Assembly (NCBI RefSeq): GCF_006345805.1
Contig: NC_043000.1
Span: forward strand, 96,596,001-96,660,000
Direction of reading: 5' to 3'
DNA from: Octopus sinensis
Lineage: Eukaryota
DNA length: 64,000 nucleotides
The position numbers were made by a program, and so were the translations under genes. Positions 51,800 to 64,000 of the stretch are shown one piece after another. Each line of letters starts with the position of its first letter. Position 1 is the first letter of the stretch. The notes beneath the pieces are model-generated. The model ran no database searches. It saw nothing but the letters and a program-made list of their open reading frames with translations, and was not told the origin of the DNA.

Positions 51800-51982
51800 T
51801 CAGCTCCTACCAGCCACTCTAGCTGCTTGACTCTGCATCAGTTTTTGGAGTTTAGCAAGATTATCTTTGGTCATGGCATCATTTGGTTTCAGTCGTAAAG
51901 CCTCCTTGTAGCTCTTCTCTGCTTCTTCTAATTTACCATTGAGATGTAAGATGGCACCAAGGTTCATGTGAGCTGTAGCAAC
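51800..51982 (-). CDS. TMTC2: TMTC2-like terminal coding exon
   Basis: TTCTATAG acceptor, VATAHMNLGAILHLNGKLEEAEESYKEALRLKPNDAMTKDNLAKLQKLMQSQAARVAGRS*; matches TMTC2 AALMNLGAILHLNG..LKPDD...NL.KL. Confidence 0.85.
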   Translation of the reverse strand, partial: VATAHMNLGAILHLNGKLEEAEKSYKEALRLKPNDAMTKDNLAKLQKLMQSQAARVAGRS

Positions 51983-53081
51983 CTATAGAAAAAAAGAAAA
52001 TTAAAATTTTATTGCAGCCAATTCAATGTTAGAGTAAACAGTATGGTGCTAAAATAGGCAGAGGCAGAATGCATCTAACTATTTGACAAATCATCATCAC
52101 CATCATCATTTAACGTCCACCTTCCATGCTGGCATGGGTTGGGCAGTTTGACAGGAGCTGATCCAGCAGAAGACCTACACCATGCTTCTGTATCTGTTTT
52201 GGCATAATTTTTATGGCTGGATGCCCTTCCTAACACCAACCACTCCACAGAGTGAACTGAGTGCTTCTTACATGGCACCAGCACAGACGAGGTAAGTTTT
52301 GGTATGGCTTTTACAGCTGGACACCCTTACAAATGCCAACCACTTCACAAGGTGAACTGGATGCTTTTTGAAAAATCATCTAGATGACTAATAAGATAGC
52401 CTCTACAAAGACACTCAAGCTCCTAAATGTAGCTGGTAACCCTCCTATCTTTAGAAACAAAAAGCAGGACAACATAATGGATATTGTACCATGTGCCTCA
52501 ATAAAAATTGTGAGTCACAGCTGGAGTACCTTCGATCATGGGTTGACTTAATCCTTTAGCATTTGAAGTGGCCATCCAACCAAGATAATCTATCACTTTT
52601 ATATTCAAATCAGCCATATCCAGCCTCTCACACATACCCTACAATGCTATTTTAAAAATAAACAATCACAGCCTTGAAATTCAAAGCTATGAGATAATAT
52701 ATGATTGATTCAAAATAATGTCAGTAAATAAGCATTACATTAGACAAACTAATCTGAAATGCTACAGGTGAAGCCATCCTTGGTGGAATTTGAACTCAGA
52801 GCATTAAGACAAAATGCTACTAAGCATTTTATCTGATTCTTAATGATTTTGCCACCTCACTGCCCTTTTATCCCATGCAATAATTATGAACACAGTATAT
52901 AATATAACCTTAGATTCTCTAAACATAGGAAAAAGACAGGAGGGTTACAACCAGAATGTTGTTGATGAAAGCTCTGCTTGATTTGATCAGGGTTGAGCTG
53001 GAAAGCAGAATCAAGCTGGTACTCAACAACAACATTCATCCCCGAATTCCCAAATGAAAGAAGGACTAAACAGTTCCTTAC

Positions 53082-53145
53082 TTGAGGATTCAGCAGTGCA
53101 GCCCTTTGGTAAAAATCTTCAGCTTCAGTGTAGTTACCAGATTGT
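53082..53145 (-). CDS. TMTC2: TMTC2-like coding exon
   Basis: TTCCAG acceptor, (R)QSGNYTEAEDFYQRAALLNPQ, GTAAG donor; 64 nt. Confidence 0.85.
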
Positions 53146-54498
53146 CTGGAAAGGAAAAACATTGATATTTAAGATGTATGCTTTAGGCTGCTAATCTCAT
53201 ATTATGAACAAAACAAAAACATGGATGTGTGGTTAAGAAGATTGCTTTGAAACTGGGTGACACTGGGTTCAGTCCCACTGCATGGCACTTTGAGCAAGTA
53301 TTTTGTAGTATTGCACAGGGATGTAGTATGGTTTGTGAATAAATTTGGTAGATATAAACTGGAGGAGAGGCATTATACACACACACATATATATATATAT
53401 ATTGTGATCACATGACCTACAAAATTATCAGATGTTGTTACACACTGCTAGTCACAAGGCACTTTGCATTATTTTAGTCTTCGAATAATGCCACCCAGCT
53501 GGCTAGACGAGCAGGCCAACATTCCCCACTTGATCGAAAGCGGGGACTGGAGCAATTTGAAATAAAGTGTTTTGCTCAAGAGTGATGTGTGTGCGTGTGT
53601 GTGAGAGAGAGAGGGTCTGTGTAGTAGATGCCAAAAATTATATATACATCTCTTTACTCTCTTTTACTCTTTTACTTGTTTCAGTCATTTGACTGCGGCC
53701 ATGCTGGAGCACCGCCTCTAGTCGAGCAAATCGACCCCGGGACTTATTCTTTGTAAGCCCAGTACTTATTCTATCGGTCTCTTTTGCCAAACCGCTAAGT
53801 GACGGGGACGTAAACACACCAGCATCGGTTGTCAAGCAATGCTAGAGGGACAAACACAGACACACAAACATATACATACACATATACGACAGGCTTCTTT
53901 CAGTTTCCATCTACCAAATCCACTCACAAGGCATTGGTCGGCCCGAGGCTATAGCAGAAGACATTTGCCCAAGATGCCACGCAGTGGGACTGAACCCAGA
54001 ACCATGTGGCTGGTTAGCAAGCTACTTACCACACAGCCATGTATTTGTGTACACACACACACACACATATATATCATCAGCATCATCATCACCATCATTT
54101 GACGTTCGTTTTCCATGCTACACACACACATATAATATGGATCAAATGCACACACACACATATGTGTAAGTATTAGGGCCTTCTTAGTAGCATTACAGAC
54201 ACCCTGGCAAATGGATGCACTGGACCCTAGAGTATTTACTGACAGTAAGCCACAGCATATGTAGATCCAAACAGAGCTCCAAGACCCATGAGGCCCCAGA
54301 CAAATCACTACACTGGACCCTATATATTCTATCCATTGACAGCAAGCCAACCCATACATAGATCAGATTTGGGCCCCTAGACCTGCGAAGCTTCTAGGCG
54401 TCTATACTTTAAGATGGCACTGCATATTCTAAAAGAAAAAGGGAAGATATCAATTAATTGGTATTATGTTGATACCACCAAAAGAATTATCCACTTAC

Positions 54499-54613
54499 CT
54501 CAAAGCATTGGCTGTGTTAAAGACAAGTTCAAAGTCATCACTATTCGTTTCAAGCACCTGTTTGTAGATATGAACTGAGTCAGCATGCCGGCCAGATTCA
54601 CCCAGAAACTGGG
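54499..54613 (-). CDS. TMTC2: TMTC2-like coding exon
   Basis: TTTCAG acceptor, QFLGESGRHADSVHIYKQVLETNSDDFELVFNTANAL(R), GTAAGT donor; 115 nt, phase consistent. Confidence 0.85.
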
Positions 54614-55048
54614 CTGAAAGACAAAAGGAATTACACCCTTAGTGTAAAATGACAATGCAAAACATAATAATAATCCTTTTTATTAAAGGCACAAGGCCTG
54701 AAATTTTGGGGAGGGGACAAGTCGATTACATCGACCCCAGTGTTTCACTGATACCTAATTTATTGACTCCGAAAGGATGAAAGGCAAAGTTGACCTCAGA
54801 ACGTAGCAACAGGCAAAATACTGCTAAACATTTCATCTAGTGCACTAACAATTCTGTCAGCTTGTCACCTTATAATGGTTTCAAATTTTGCCAAAAGGGC
54901 AGCAATTTGGGGAAAGGGGGATGAGTCGATTCACTGCTGTGAATAATATTTAATTCTTAAAAAAATATAATAATGAAAGTAGTAATAGTTGTAGTAGTAG
55001 TAGTAGCTGAAGCAGCAGCAGCAGCAGAATAATACAACAAATATTTAC

Positions 55049-55130
55049 CGTAATGCTGGTGAGCAGTTTTGTACGTGGAATCAAGAGCCATTGCTTTTAA
55101 GTACCATTTTTCAGCTTTATCTGGTTGGTT
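55049..55130 (-). CDS. TMTC2: TMTC2-like coding exon
   Basis: CAG acceptor, NQPDKAEKWYLKAMALDSTYKTAHQHY(A), GTAAAT donor; 82 nt, phase consistent. Confidence 0.85.
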
Positions 55131-56305
55131 CTGTTATGAATAGAATTGAAAATATATAGAACAGAGTAAAGAAAATGAACAAAGCAACAACAATAATAAT
55201 AAGAGCTTCTGATGTAAGCACAAGGCCAGTAATTTTGAGTGGTATATCATCAACTCCAGTACTTGACTGGTACTTTATATCATCAGTCATAGAGGGAGGA
55301 AAGTCAAAGTTGACCGCAGTAAGATTTGAACCTAGAATGTAAAGAATTGGAGCAAATATGAAGCAGCATTTTTCTGCCTCTCTAATGATTCTGTTAATCC
55401 ACTAACACAAGGACTAAAATTTAGAAGGAAGTTGGGTTAGTTGATTAAATCGACTTTATTACATGACTAATATTTTACCTGATCAAGCTCAAATGGATAA
55501 CAGGCAAAGTTTACCGAGGCAACATTTGGACTGAGAATACAAAGAGCTCTGCCAAAATACCAGAAGGCATTTCGTTCAATTCTCTAATGGTTTAGTCAAT
55601 CATTTTAACATCTACTTTTCCATGCTTGCATGGATGAAACAGTTTGTTGAGGCAGATCTACATTTTAATAATGCTGTTCCTATTGCCAACCTTTACTTGT
55701 TCCTATGTAAGGTAGTATTTCTCCATTGCCAGACAGGTTTCCACAGAATATTGGAAATGAATGACGTTCATTTACTACAATCATGCGAGGTGACGATAAG
55801 GAGACACAAACACTCACACTCACACACATATTTATACATACATATACATTACATGCATGTGACTTAGTGGTTAGAACCTTGGGCTCACAATTATAAAGTA
55901 GTGACTTCAATTCCTGGAACAGGCTGTGTGTTGTTTTCTTGAGAAAGACACTTTATTTTATGTGGCTCCAGTTCACCCAGCAGTAGAAATGAGTAACTAT
56001 GTCACTGGTGCCAAGTGGTATTGGCCTTTGCCTTTCCTTGCTTGGCGTGGGGCAGCAGTAGAAGAGATTTACTCATGGTGCCATGCAGTAGGACAGAATC
56101 GAAGAACACATGATTGGGAAGCAAGTTTCTCAATCACACATCCACACCTACATCTATGCAGCCACCAATAATAATAGTGATGTTGTTTCTCATATGGGCA
56201 CATGCATCAAGCAAGAAGATAAGAAAGAGGTCATAAAATAGATTTCTAGGAAAACAATGAAAGACAGAAGGTAATAGATTAAAAAAAAAATCAGTTTATA
56301 CTTAC

Positions 56306-56629
56306 TCTTCTGGACAGCAGTTTAGCCATTGTGATGTGAGCTGGTAAATGGTCAGGCTTCACACGCAATGCTTCCTGGTACCAGAATTCTGCTTTGGCCT
56401 CATCATCAGATTTCATGTAAGCTTCTCCTAACATATTGTAAATACTTTGCAATCCATAATAACTGGGTGCTCTTTGAATAGCTTTATTATAGGTCTCAAT
56501 AGCCAACTGATATTTCTGTTGATCTGCATACATTCTGCCAAGGTTATAGAGAGCGGAGATCTTGGTACTTTCATGAAGTCGAGGGTCTCGCAAACCGGTA
56601 ATATCTATACTTGAACAATTCAAATAGCT
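56306..56629 (-). CDS. TMTC2: Coding exon of TMTC2-like O-mannosyltransferase (TPR region)
   Basis: TTTTCAG acceptor, 108 codons SYLNCSSIDITGLRDP..ALYNLGRMY..QSIYNMLGEAYM..KPDHLPAHITMAKLLSRR, GTAAGT donor; matches TMTC2 C-terminal TPRs (SCLYNLGKLY, QSLYNMMGEAYM, DHIPAHLTYGKLL). Upstream exons not found in the window. Confidence 0.85.
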
Positions 56630-57543
56630 CTGAAAAATACCGTGAATAACAGATTTGTGAATAAACATCAACAACAACAATAGCAACAAAAACTACAATA
56701 AAATAAAAGATAGGTACTCTCTTTACACTGAACATACCCATCTCTAATACTATCAGGTAAAGAGGCAGCTTCCAAGAAATAGCAGGCAATTTTCCCTTAA
56801 ATCAAATCTCTCCATCTCAGAAAAAGATACACTGGATGATGTACATATGAAAAAAATGGGACAGTCATGGCTGGAACACTTTTGATTCATAGGTCAACTA
56901 CAGGGCTAACTTGGGGCTGAATATCATCACCATCGCTGCTACAACACCTACCAATATCAGTAAAATCATCCTTAATATCACAACCTTCATTTCAATCATT
57001 ACTACCACCACAGCTTTCACTGCGATTATTATAACTACAACCACCATTTTTTAATTATACACCTATTACAGCTCAGTAATCCTAAAAAATAACATAACAT
57101 CTTCTCTACCAAAATCTTCACATGGATTCCTATTCAATTATTTTAAATCATGATTAATATTTTACACTGAAGTACGGTGGCAAGATGGCAAATCATTAAC
57201 AGTCTGGAGAAAATGTTTAGAGGCATTTCGCCTATCTTTACAATCTGAGTTCAAATTCCACAGGGGTCTACTTTGCTTTACATCTTATCAGGTTCAATGA
57301 AATAAGTACCAGTTAGGTACTGGGGTTGATGTAATCAACTAGTCTCCTCTCCTAAAACTTCAGACCTTATGCCAACAATAGAAAGGAATATTTTATACTG
57401 AATGGATCAGAATTATTTTTATTTGATAAATTGTTTATCAAACTGTTATTAAATTTTGTCAGTTGTATCTAAGTCAAATATTCCATTTTATTTAACTTCC
57501 ACTATTATTGTGAGATGAATGACTTAAAGGTTAAGATGTTGCA

Positions 57544-57609
<66 letters not shown>

Positions 57610-58225
57610 ACAACAATAATATATAGGAAATAACACCTTAACCTTTAAGCCATACATCTCACAATGATAGTGGGAGTTAAACAGAAAGGAATATTCGACT
57701 TAAATACAACTGACAAAATTTAATAACAGTTTGATAAATAATCTATCAAGTATATATAAATATATGTATGTATGTATGTATGTATGTGTGTAATTTTTTG
57801 GGACCAATAGGCATATGTCCATTAGTGTGTTGAGTAAAGTACATTCACAGTTTGGGCTACCATGGTTAGGGTACCAGTGAATGGTACAGCAGGCTAACAA
57901 CATGACTGTGAGAACTCAATATATTCAATGCGACACCACTTTATGTACGCATGTACCTTATGTGATTCAGACTGCACTGATTGATGCAATACAATTGGAT
58001 GTGCAACATCTCATCCATAAAGGACAGTCACAGAAAGGGGTTGACATGTTCATCATACTGAATAAAGACTAATGCCAAATCCATCTTCTGCATACCATTC
58101 TGCTTAAATAATGGAACTGCAGATACAATATCCATTCATATCTCACGTCTGTTTTCATTCCTCCACTTCACTCTGTATTTCATATCTTCTCTATAATATC
58201 TATTACTTAAACATTTTCTCACACC

Positions 58226-58273
58226 GTCTCTGATGAAGGGATATATAAAATATCCCGGAAACAACTGTAAGAC
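58226..58273 (+). ncRNA. Minimal type I hammerhead motif in TMTC2 intron (antisense to the gene)
   Basis: GTCT-CTGATGA-AGGGATAT ataaa ATATCCCG-GAAA-CAACTG-TA-AGAC; base of stem II mismatched. Confidence 0.55.
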
Positions 58274-61200
58274 CATCTCTTTATAGATGTTCTGAAAACT
58301 TTCACAACGTTGAATTTTTTTTATCCCATTCTGTTAATATTTATTTATATACATATGACCGATGGGTTTCTTTCGGTTTCCATCTACCAAATCCATTCAC
58401 AAGGCTTTGGTCAGCCTAAGACTATAGTAGAAGGCACTTGCCCAAGGTGCCACGCAGTGGGACTGAACGAGGAAGCAAACTTCTTGCCACACCTGTTTAG
58501 TTCGTTTTTATTATCCAGTTGGTGGGGAAATACCCTCATTATAATTGTTTTGTTTTATTTTTAAACTCCACTAGATATTTTAAGCACGATTAGTCATTTA
58601 GATAATGATTATTCTTATTAGAAACGATGTAACTTGAATTAATTCACTACAGTAACATTGCTAGCACTCACCTATTTTACTAACTTCCATGTAACAGGTT
58701 TCTTCCCTAGTCCTTTATGCTTTTACACTATTTCGTGTTCACCAATGAAAATCCTACATGATTTTGGTACTCACAGTTCCGCTGTAATTCACAGATCAGG
58801 TCTAGTACAACCAAAAGATGTCCGAAGTTGTCATTGGATTGCTAATAATTAAGCTCCATCTCCTCTGCATTTTATATTTGATATGTTTTGATTAATATAT
58901 TTTAGTTAATTATAAAATCACGCTTCTGCCCCCACACATTTCTTCTACCAAAATTAGTCAGAATTTCTCTCATTACTTTAGGTACCTTCGTACTAAATTA
59001 AGTACAAACGCTTGCTTAACGGCTATACAATAGAAAACCATACAAACAGACGATTATCTACGTTGTCAAAGAGAATCGTCTGCGTCTCAAATTATATCTA
59101 TCTTTTCTACTGGATGCCATTTTTAAAAATAAAATTCATGAAATACAAATGCCCGCCTTGAAATGTCCGCCATTGCACCCCGGCTAAGTTGACAGCAATT
59201 ACTACGGGAAATAACTCTGAATGTAGCTAATGTAAGAGTTATTTCCCTTTGACTATAAACTATTTTCTTTAGCCTGTAATAAAATTTCCTTTGATCTTAT
59301 AATGTAAGTATATATAGATAGCAAAATATCTACGTAATTTGTCTATGGATTATATAATTAACATTTCATTGAAATTCGTAATTCCGAAGGTAGAAGACAG
59401 AAAGTTATAGGGTGAATAAAGACAGGATTATATACACAAATTGAACAAAGGATTATCAATTCGTGTACGTGACAGAAAATACCTTCAAATGGTAATATAT
59501 ATGATTAAAGTCATTATTTTCATTTCTATTTGATAGATATTTGTTCTGTTTAGTTAAAGGAATTACTGCAGGTATTCCATTGATTATTTGGGCTTGTTGT
59601 TAGAGAAGTAATTGCCGTTAATCTGCGAATATTAAATGAAAAATTTAGAAATCTTGCCGTTAAACTGAGAAGATTGGATGAAAAATTTAGAAATCTCTTT
59701 TCTCCAAAATAATGCTTAGTACAATTTATGTAACTATATTTTAAAATTAAGTTAATTTGAACTGAATAAATAATGTTTATTAAAACATCCTTTGAACGAA
59801 ACAGAACATTTACTAAAGCTTATTTTGAACAACATTAATAAAGGACATTGATTATTAAACTATAAACTACATTTATAAGCAATTTTTGTTACGTTGGGCT
59901 TTCTTATCCAATAATTAAGTCAATATTATTTACAAGAAAGCTCGATAAAAGACAAATTTCTAAACTTCTTGGATGATCCTAACAAGTTTTGAAAAATAGT
60001 CTAATCGCAATTATCTCCCTTTCAACCCTTTTCACTATCTTCATATTAAGACAAATATCAAGAGTATATTAATGGTATTAGTCTTAAATCCCAGATAATG
60101 AAAATAGATTATCTTAAGATGGGCTAAAGGTCACAGAGTTAAGAACGACTCGGTTGATTAAATCTATTCCAGTATTTGATAGTCACTTAAATTTAGCATC
60201 CTCGGGTAACCACGATGAGATTTTGTAATACGTCAGAATACAAGGCCAAAACATTCTGACAAGCCAATAGTCGATTATACCGACCCCAGTACTTAACTGG
60301 TATTTTATTTTACCGAACCAGGGCGGATGAAGGGAAAGGCTGACATCAACAGCATTTTAAGTTCGAACGTAAATAACTGAAATTGGATGACACGTGGTAT
60401 TTTTTTGGACGAGCTGTCAATTTTGCAAATCCATCGCTCACTTTTATTTATTTATTTATTTTTTCCCTTCAAATTTTCAACATAAAGACATTACGAAAGA
60501 GTATGGTCATTTAAAATGAATCCGATAAAAGACTGCAACTCTTTCACTGACACTCGGAAGGTTCAAACACAAAGCTGATTTAGAACTCAAAGAACGAAAA
60601 GGGACGTAACTAAATATCACACTGCATCAACAGGCTCATCATAAATGCTGTTGAAAATATTAAGTAAAGGTCGCCTTGGGTGATGTGATATGTTTTTGTC
60701 ATGATTCAATCTAGTGTTGAAGAGGATTTTAAAAGTTGAAGCAAATGTCACGGATGTGACAGATGTATCAAATTATTCTGCTTGAAAGGGGATCATATGA
60801 CTAGAAGGTCACAGAGAGCACAATGCCATTACATGTCAAGCAGAATTATGTGTATTGATATTGGGAGTTATTTCCCAGATTTATTGTATTTATTTAAATC
60901 CATTTATTCATCCAAGTGAGAACAATTGATTTCTAGATTTCAGAGAGGAAATCTCATTTTTATCTTTTACGTGTTTCAGTCATTGGACTGTTGCTATGGT
61001 GCCATGGTGGGAACTCCACCTTGAAGGGTTTAGACAAATAAATCATTGATCCCAGTAAATTTTTATTTTTTTAAGCCTGGTTCCTATTCTGTTGGTCTCT
61101 TTTTTTCAAACTCCTAAGTTACACGGATAGATGTAAACCAGTACCGGTATATGCATGTATGTGTGTGTGTGTGTGGTGTGCATGACTTTCTTCCATTTCT

Positions 61201-62573
61201 GTCAATCAAATCTACTTCATAAGCCTTTGGTCAGCATGAAGCTATAGTAGAAAGTGCCACGCTGCAAAATTGAACTCAGAACCACAAGGTTGGGAAGCAA
61301 ACTTTTTAACATGCAGCCACGCTTGCATTTTTTGTATTGATTTCTTTATCTATTGTATGATATATAGGGGTTCCTTCAGTTTCAGTCAACCAAATCCACT
61401 CATAAGGCTTTGTTCAGCCCAGGGATATAGAAGAAGTCACTTGCCCAAGCTGTCACACAGTAAAACTGAACTTGGAACCGTATAGTTGGGAGACATGCAG
61501 CCACCCTTGTGCTTTTAGTATTGACTTCTTTAAATGTTTTCTGCAGAAAATAACATTAGATGGCCTCTAAGACTTTGAGAGAAATACAACTACAAACAAG
61601 TGTCAGGTTTTATAGTAATTAATGTTCTGGATCCGAATTCAATGACCAAGTCTTCAGTAAGTTAACAATACAATAGATATTCAGCAAAATGCAGATAACA
61701 AAAATATCAGGATATCAAATATTACAAATGTTAAAATTCGTTTTACTTGATTTTTAGTGAGGGCACAGAAAAACGAAAAATAATGGTGGAAAGTAAATTC
61801 AACAAAGCAACATCAGTATAAATACTGATTGCTAATGTAGATACAAAAACAAAGTTACAAGAGAGGAGTGTAGTTAAATACAGTTCTTGGGTGGTACTTA
61901 ACAGGAAAGGATTTAAGTTACACACATACATGTGCATGCACACACACACACAGAGACACACACATTTTTTAGCAAATGCATATATTGTTTAGATAGTTGG
62001 ATTGGCTCTGTATAAGGCCTGTCCCCATTTTGTAAATAGTTATAATATTTAGAGAAATACTTTTTCAAAATGTTAGGATTAAGAAAAAACCAAGAATGAT
62101 GGATAGTAGAAGAGTCATTGAATAGTGGGAAGAAAGCATGAGGAATAGTAGAAGTGTCATTGAATAGTGAAAGAGGAGGTCAGAGAAATAAAGTTGGAAA
62201 AGTGTGACACACTGACACTTTTGCATTTATAATTATAGATATATGCATGTGAAGGCACATGGCTTAGTGGTAGTCAGCTCATGATCATAAGGTTGTGAGT
62301 TCAATTCCCAGCAGCACGTTGTGTCCTTGAGCAAGACACTTTATGACATGGTGCTCCAGTCCACTCTGCTGGCAAAATTGAATAGTACCTACAATTCAGA
62401 GGATCAGCCTTATCACATTCCGTGTTATACTGAATCTCCCTGAGAACTATTAAAGGTACACATGTCTGTGGAGTACTCAGCCACTTGCATGTTAACTTCA
62501 TGAGTAGGCTGTTCCATTGGTCAGATCAACTGGAAACCTTGTCATTGTAACTGACAGAGTGTCATTATGTATG

Positions 62574-62604
<31 letters not shown>

Positions 62605-64000
62605 GTATGTATGTATGTATGTACATACATACATATGCCTGCATGTATGCATGGGTGAACAAAGTTACAATAAAGTAGCACACAACATGTTTAGTTGCAG
62701 TTTTAAATATTTAATAACAGGATGATTCGACTCAAACTCCACTTTACGTGGCAAAATCACATTTAAAACCATGCAGCTAATCACTAACATTAATTGTGTA
62801 TGCAATAGGTTTATAATTTAAAAATAACAGAATAAACAAATTTGCAATTGATGTAGTACTTTCCAAAAGTCAAAAAAATCAGTAAAATGAAATTTTCTTT
62901 TTTAATTACATAAAACCAAACTGGAAAATATCACAAAAATATTGAAACTAAATTGTAATAAAATAGAAGAGAAAGAAAAACGGTGGTGGTGGTGGGGGTC
63001 ATTGTTCAGAAGCATTTTCCGTGACACAGAGTATTGTTAGAAAACTGAGGCAAACTTTACAAAACTATCATAGCATGTCAGTGCACACAAGGTAAACTAA
63101 CATTTCTTTGTTGCATAACTTAAATTTTGATTAATAGAAGTGGCTGTGTGGTAAGAAGCTTGCTTACCAACCACATGGTTCCTGGTTCAGTCCCACTGTG
63201 AGGTACCTTGGGCAAGTGTCTTCTGCTATAGCTTTGGGCTGACCAAAGCCTTGTGAGGAGATTTGGTAGATGGATACTGAAAGAATCCCATCATATGTAT
63301 ATATATATATATATATTTGTGTGTCTGTATTTGTTCCCCCCACCATCACTTGACAACCAATGTTGATGTGTTTACATCCCTGTAACTTAGTGTTTCAGTC
63401 ATTTGACCGTGGCCATGTTGGAGTACTGCCTTTTAGTCAAGCAAATCGACCCTAGGACTTATTCTTTGTAAGCCTAGTACTTATTCTATCGGTCTCTTTT
63501 GCCGAACCGCTAAATTACGGGGGATGTAAACACACCAGCATCGGTTGTCAAGCGATGTTGGGGACACAAACACAGACACACAAACACATGCATACACACA
63601 CACAGATATATACATACATACGACGGGCTTCTTTCAGTTTCCATCTACCAAATCCACTCACAAGGTTTTGGTCGGCCCGAGGCTATAGTGGAAGACACTT
63701 GCCCAAGGTGCCACGCAGTGGGACTGAACCCGGAACCATGTGGCTGGTAAGCAGGTTACTTACCACACAGCCACTCCTGCATCTATGGACTTATTCTATT
63801 ATTCTAGCTTGCTTTTTTTTTTTTGCTAAAATGCCAAGTTGTGGGGATGTAAACAAACCAACACCAGTTGTCAAATAGTGGTGGGAGACTAACACAACAC
63901 AAACACACACAACTACACACTCACACACATGCATATATATCAACAAAAGATGGGAGGCAGAGTGAAGAGCAACATCAGGAAAAGTTTATATATTTCAAAG

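Noticed and set aside
58775-58865. Possible upstream TMTC2 exon (CAG...GTGAGT on the minus strand)
   Set aside because: Stops in all three frames and no TPR similarity; at most a non-coding exon, unsupported.

Overview
Eukaryotic, AT-rich, repeat-saturated DNA; the SINE repertoire points to an octopus (inference from recalled repeat families, not a database search). Two convergent host genes bracket the window: the last three coding exons of a FYCO1-like GOLD-domain gene (+, 6-5561) and the last five coding exons of a TMTC2-like TPR gene (-, 51800-56629). The ~46 kb between them is a transposon landscape: a near full-length Tx1/L1-clade LINE in a (TC)n tract, a second diverged Tx1-type LINE cut off by a 2.5-kb A/T-tract satellite, RTE and Penelope-like fragments, a piggyBac relic, MITEs, four SINE families, a head-to-tail Helitron concatemer and several minimal hammerhead ribozymes. 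Best leads: (1) both Tx1 elements lack an AUG at the start of ORF2 and carry a 44-49 nt GT-AG intron-like spacer whose removal deletes the ORF1 stop and fuses ORF1 to ORF2 in frame; (2) a 360-bp-monomer retrozyme-like fold-back element with a compensated U3-A8 hammerhead on both strands; (3) a SINE sharing its 3' tail with the Tx1 LINE. No CRISPR array, rRNA or genuine tRNA gene was found. All alignments were done by eye.
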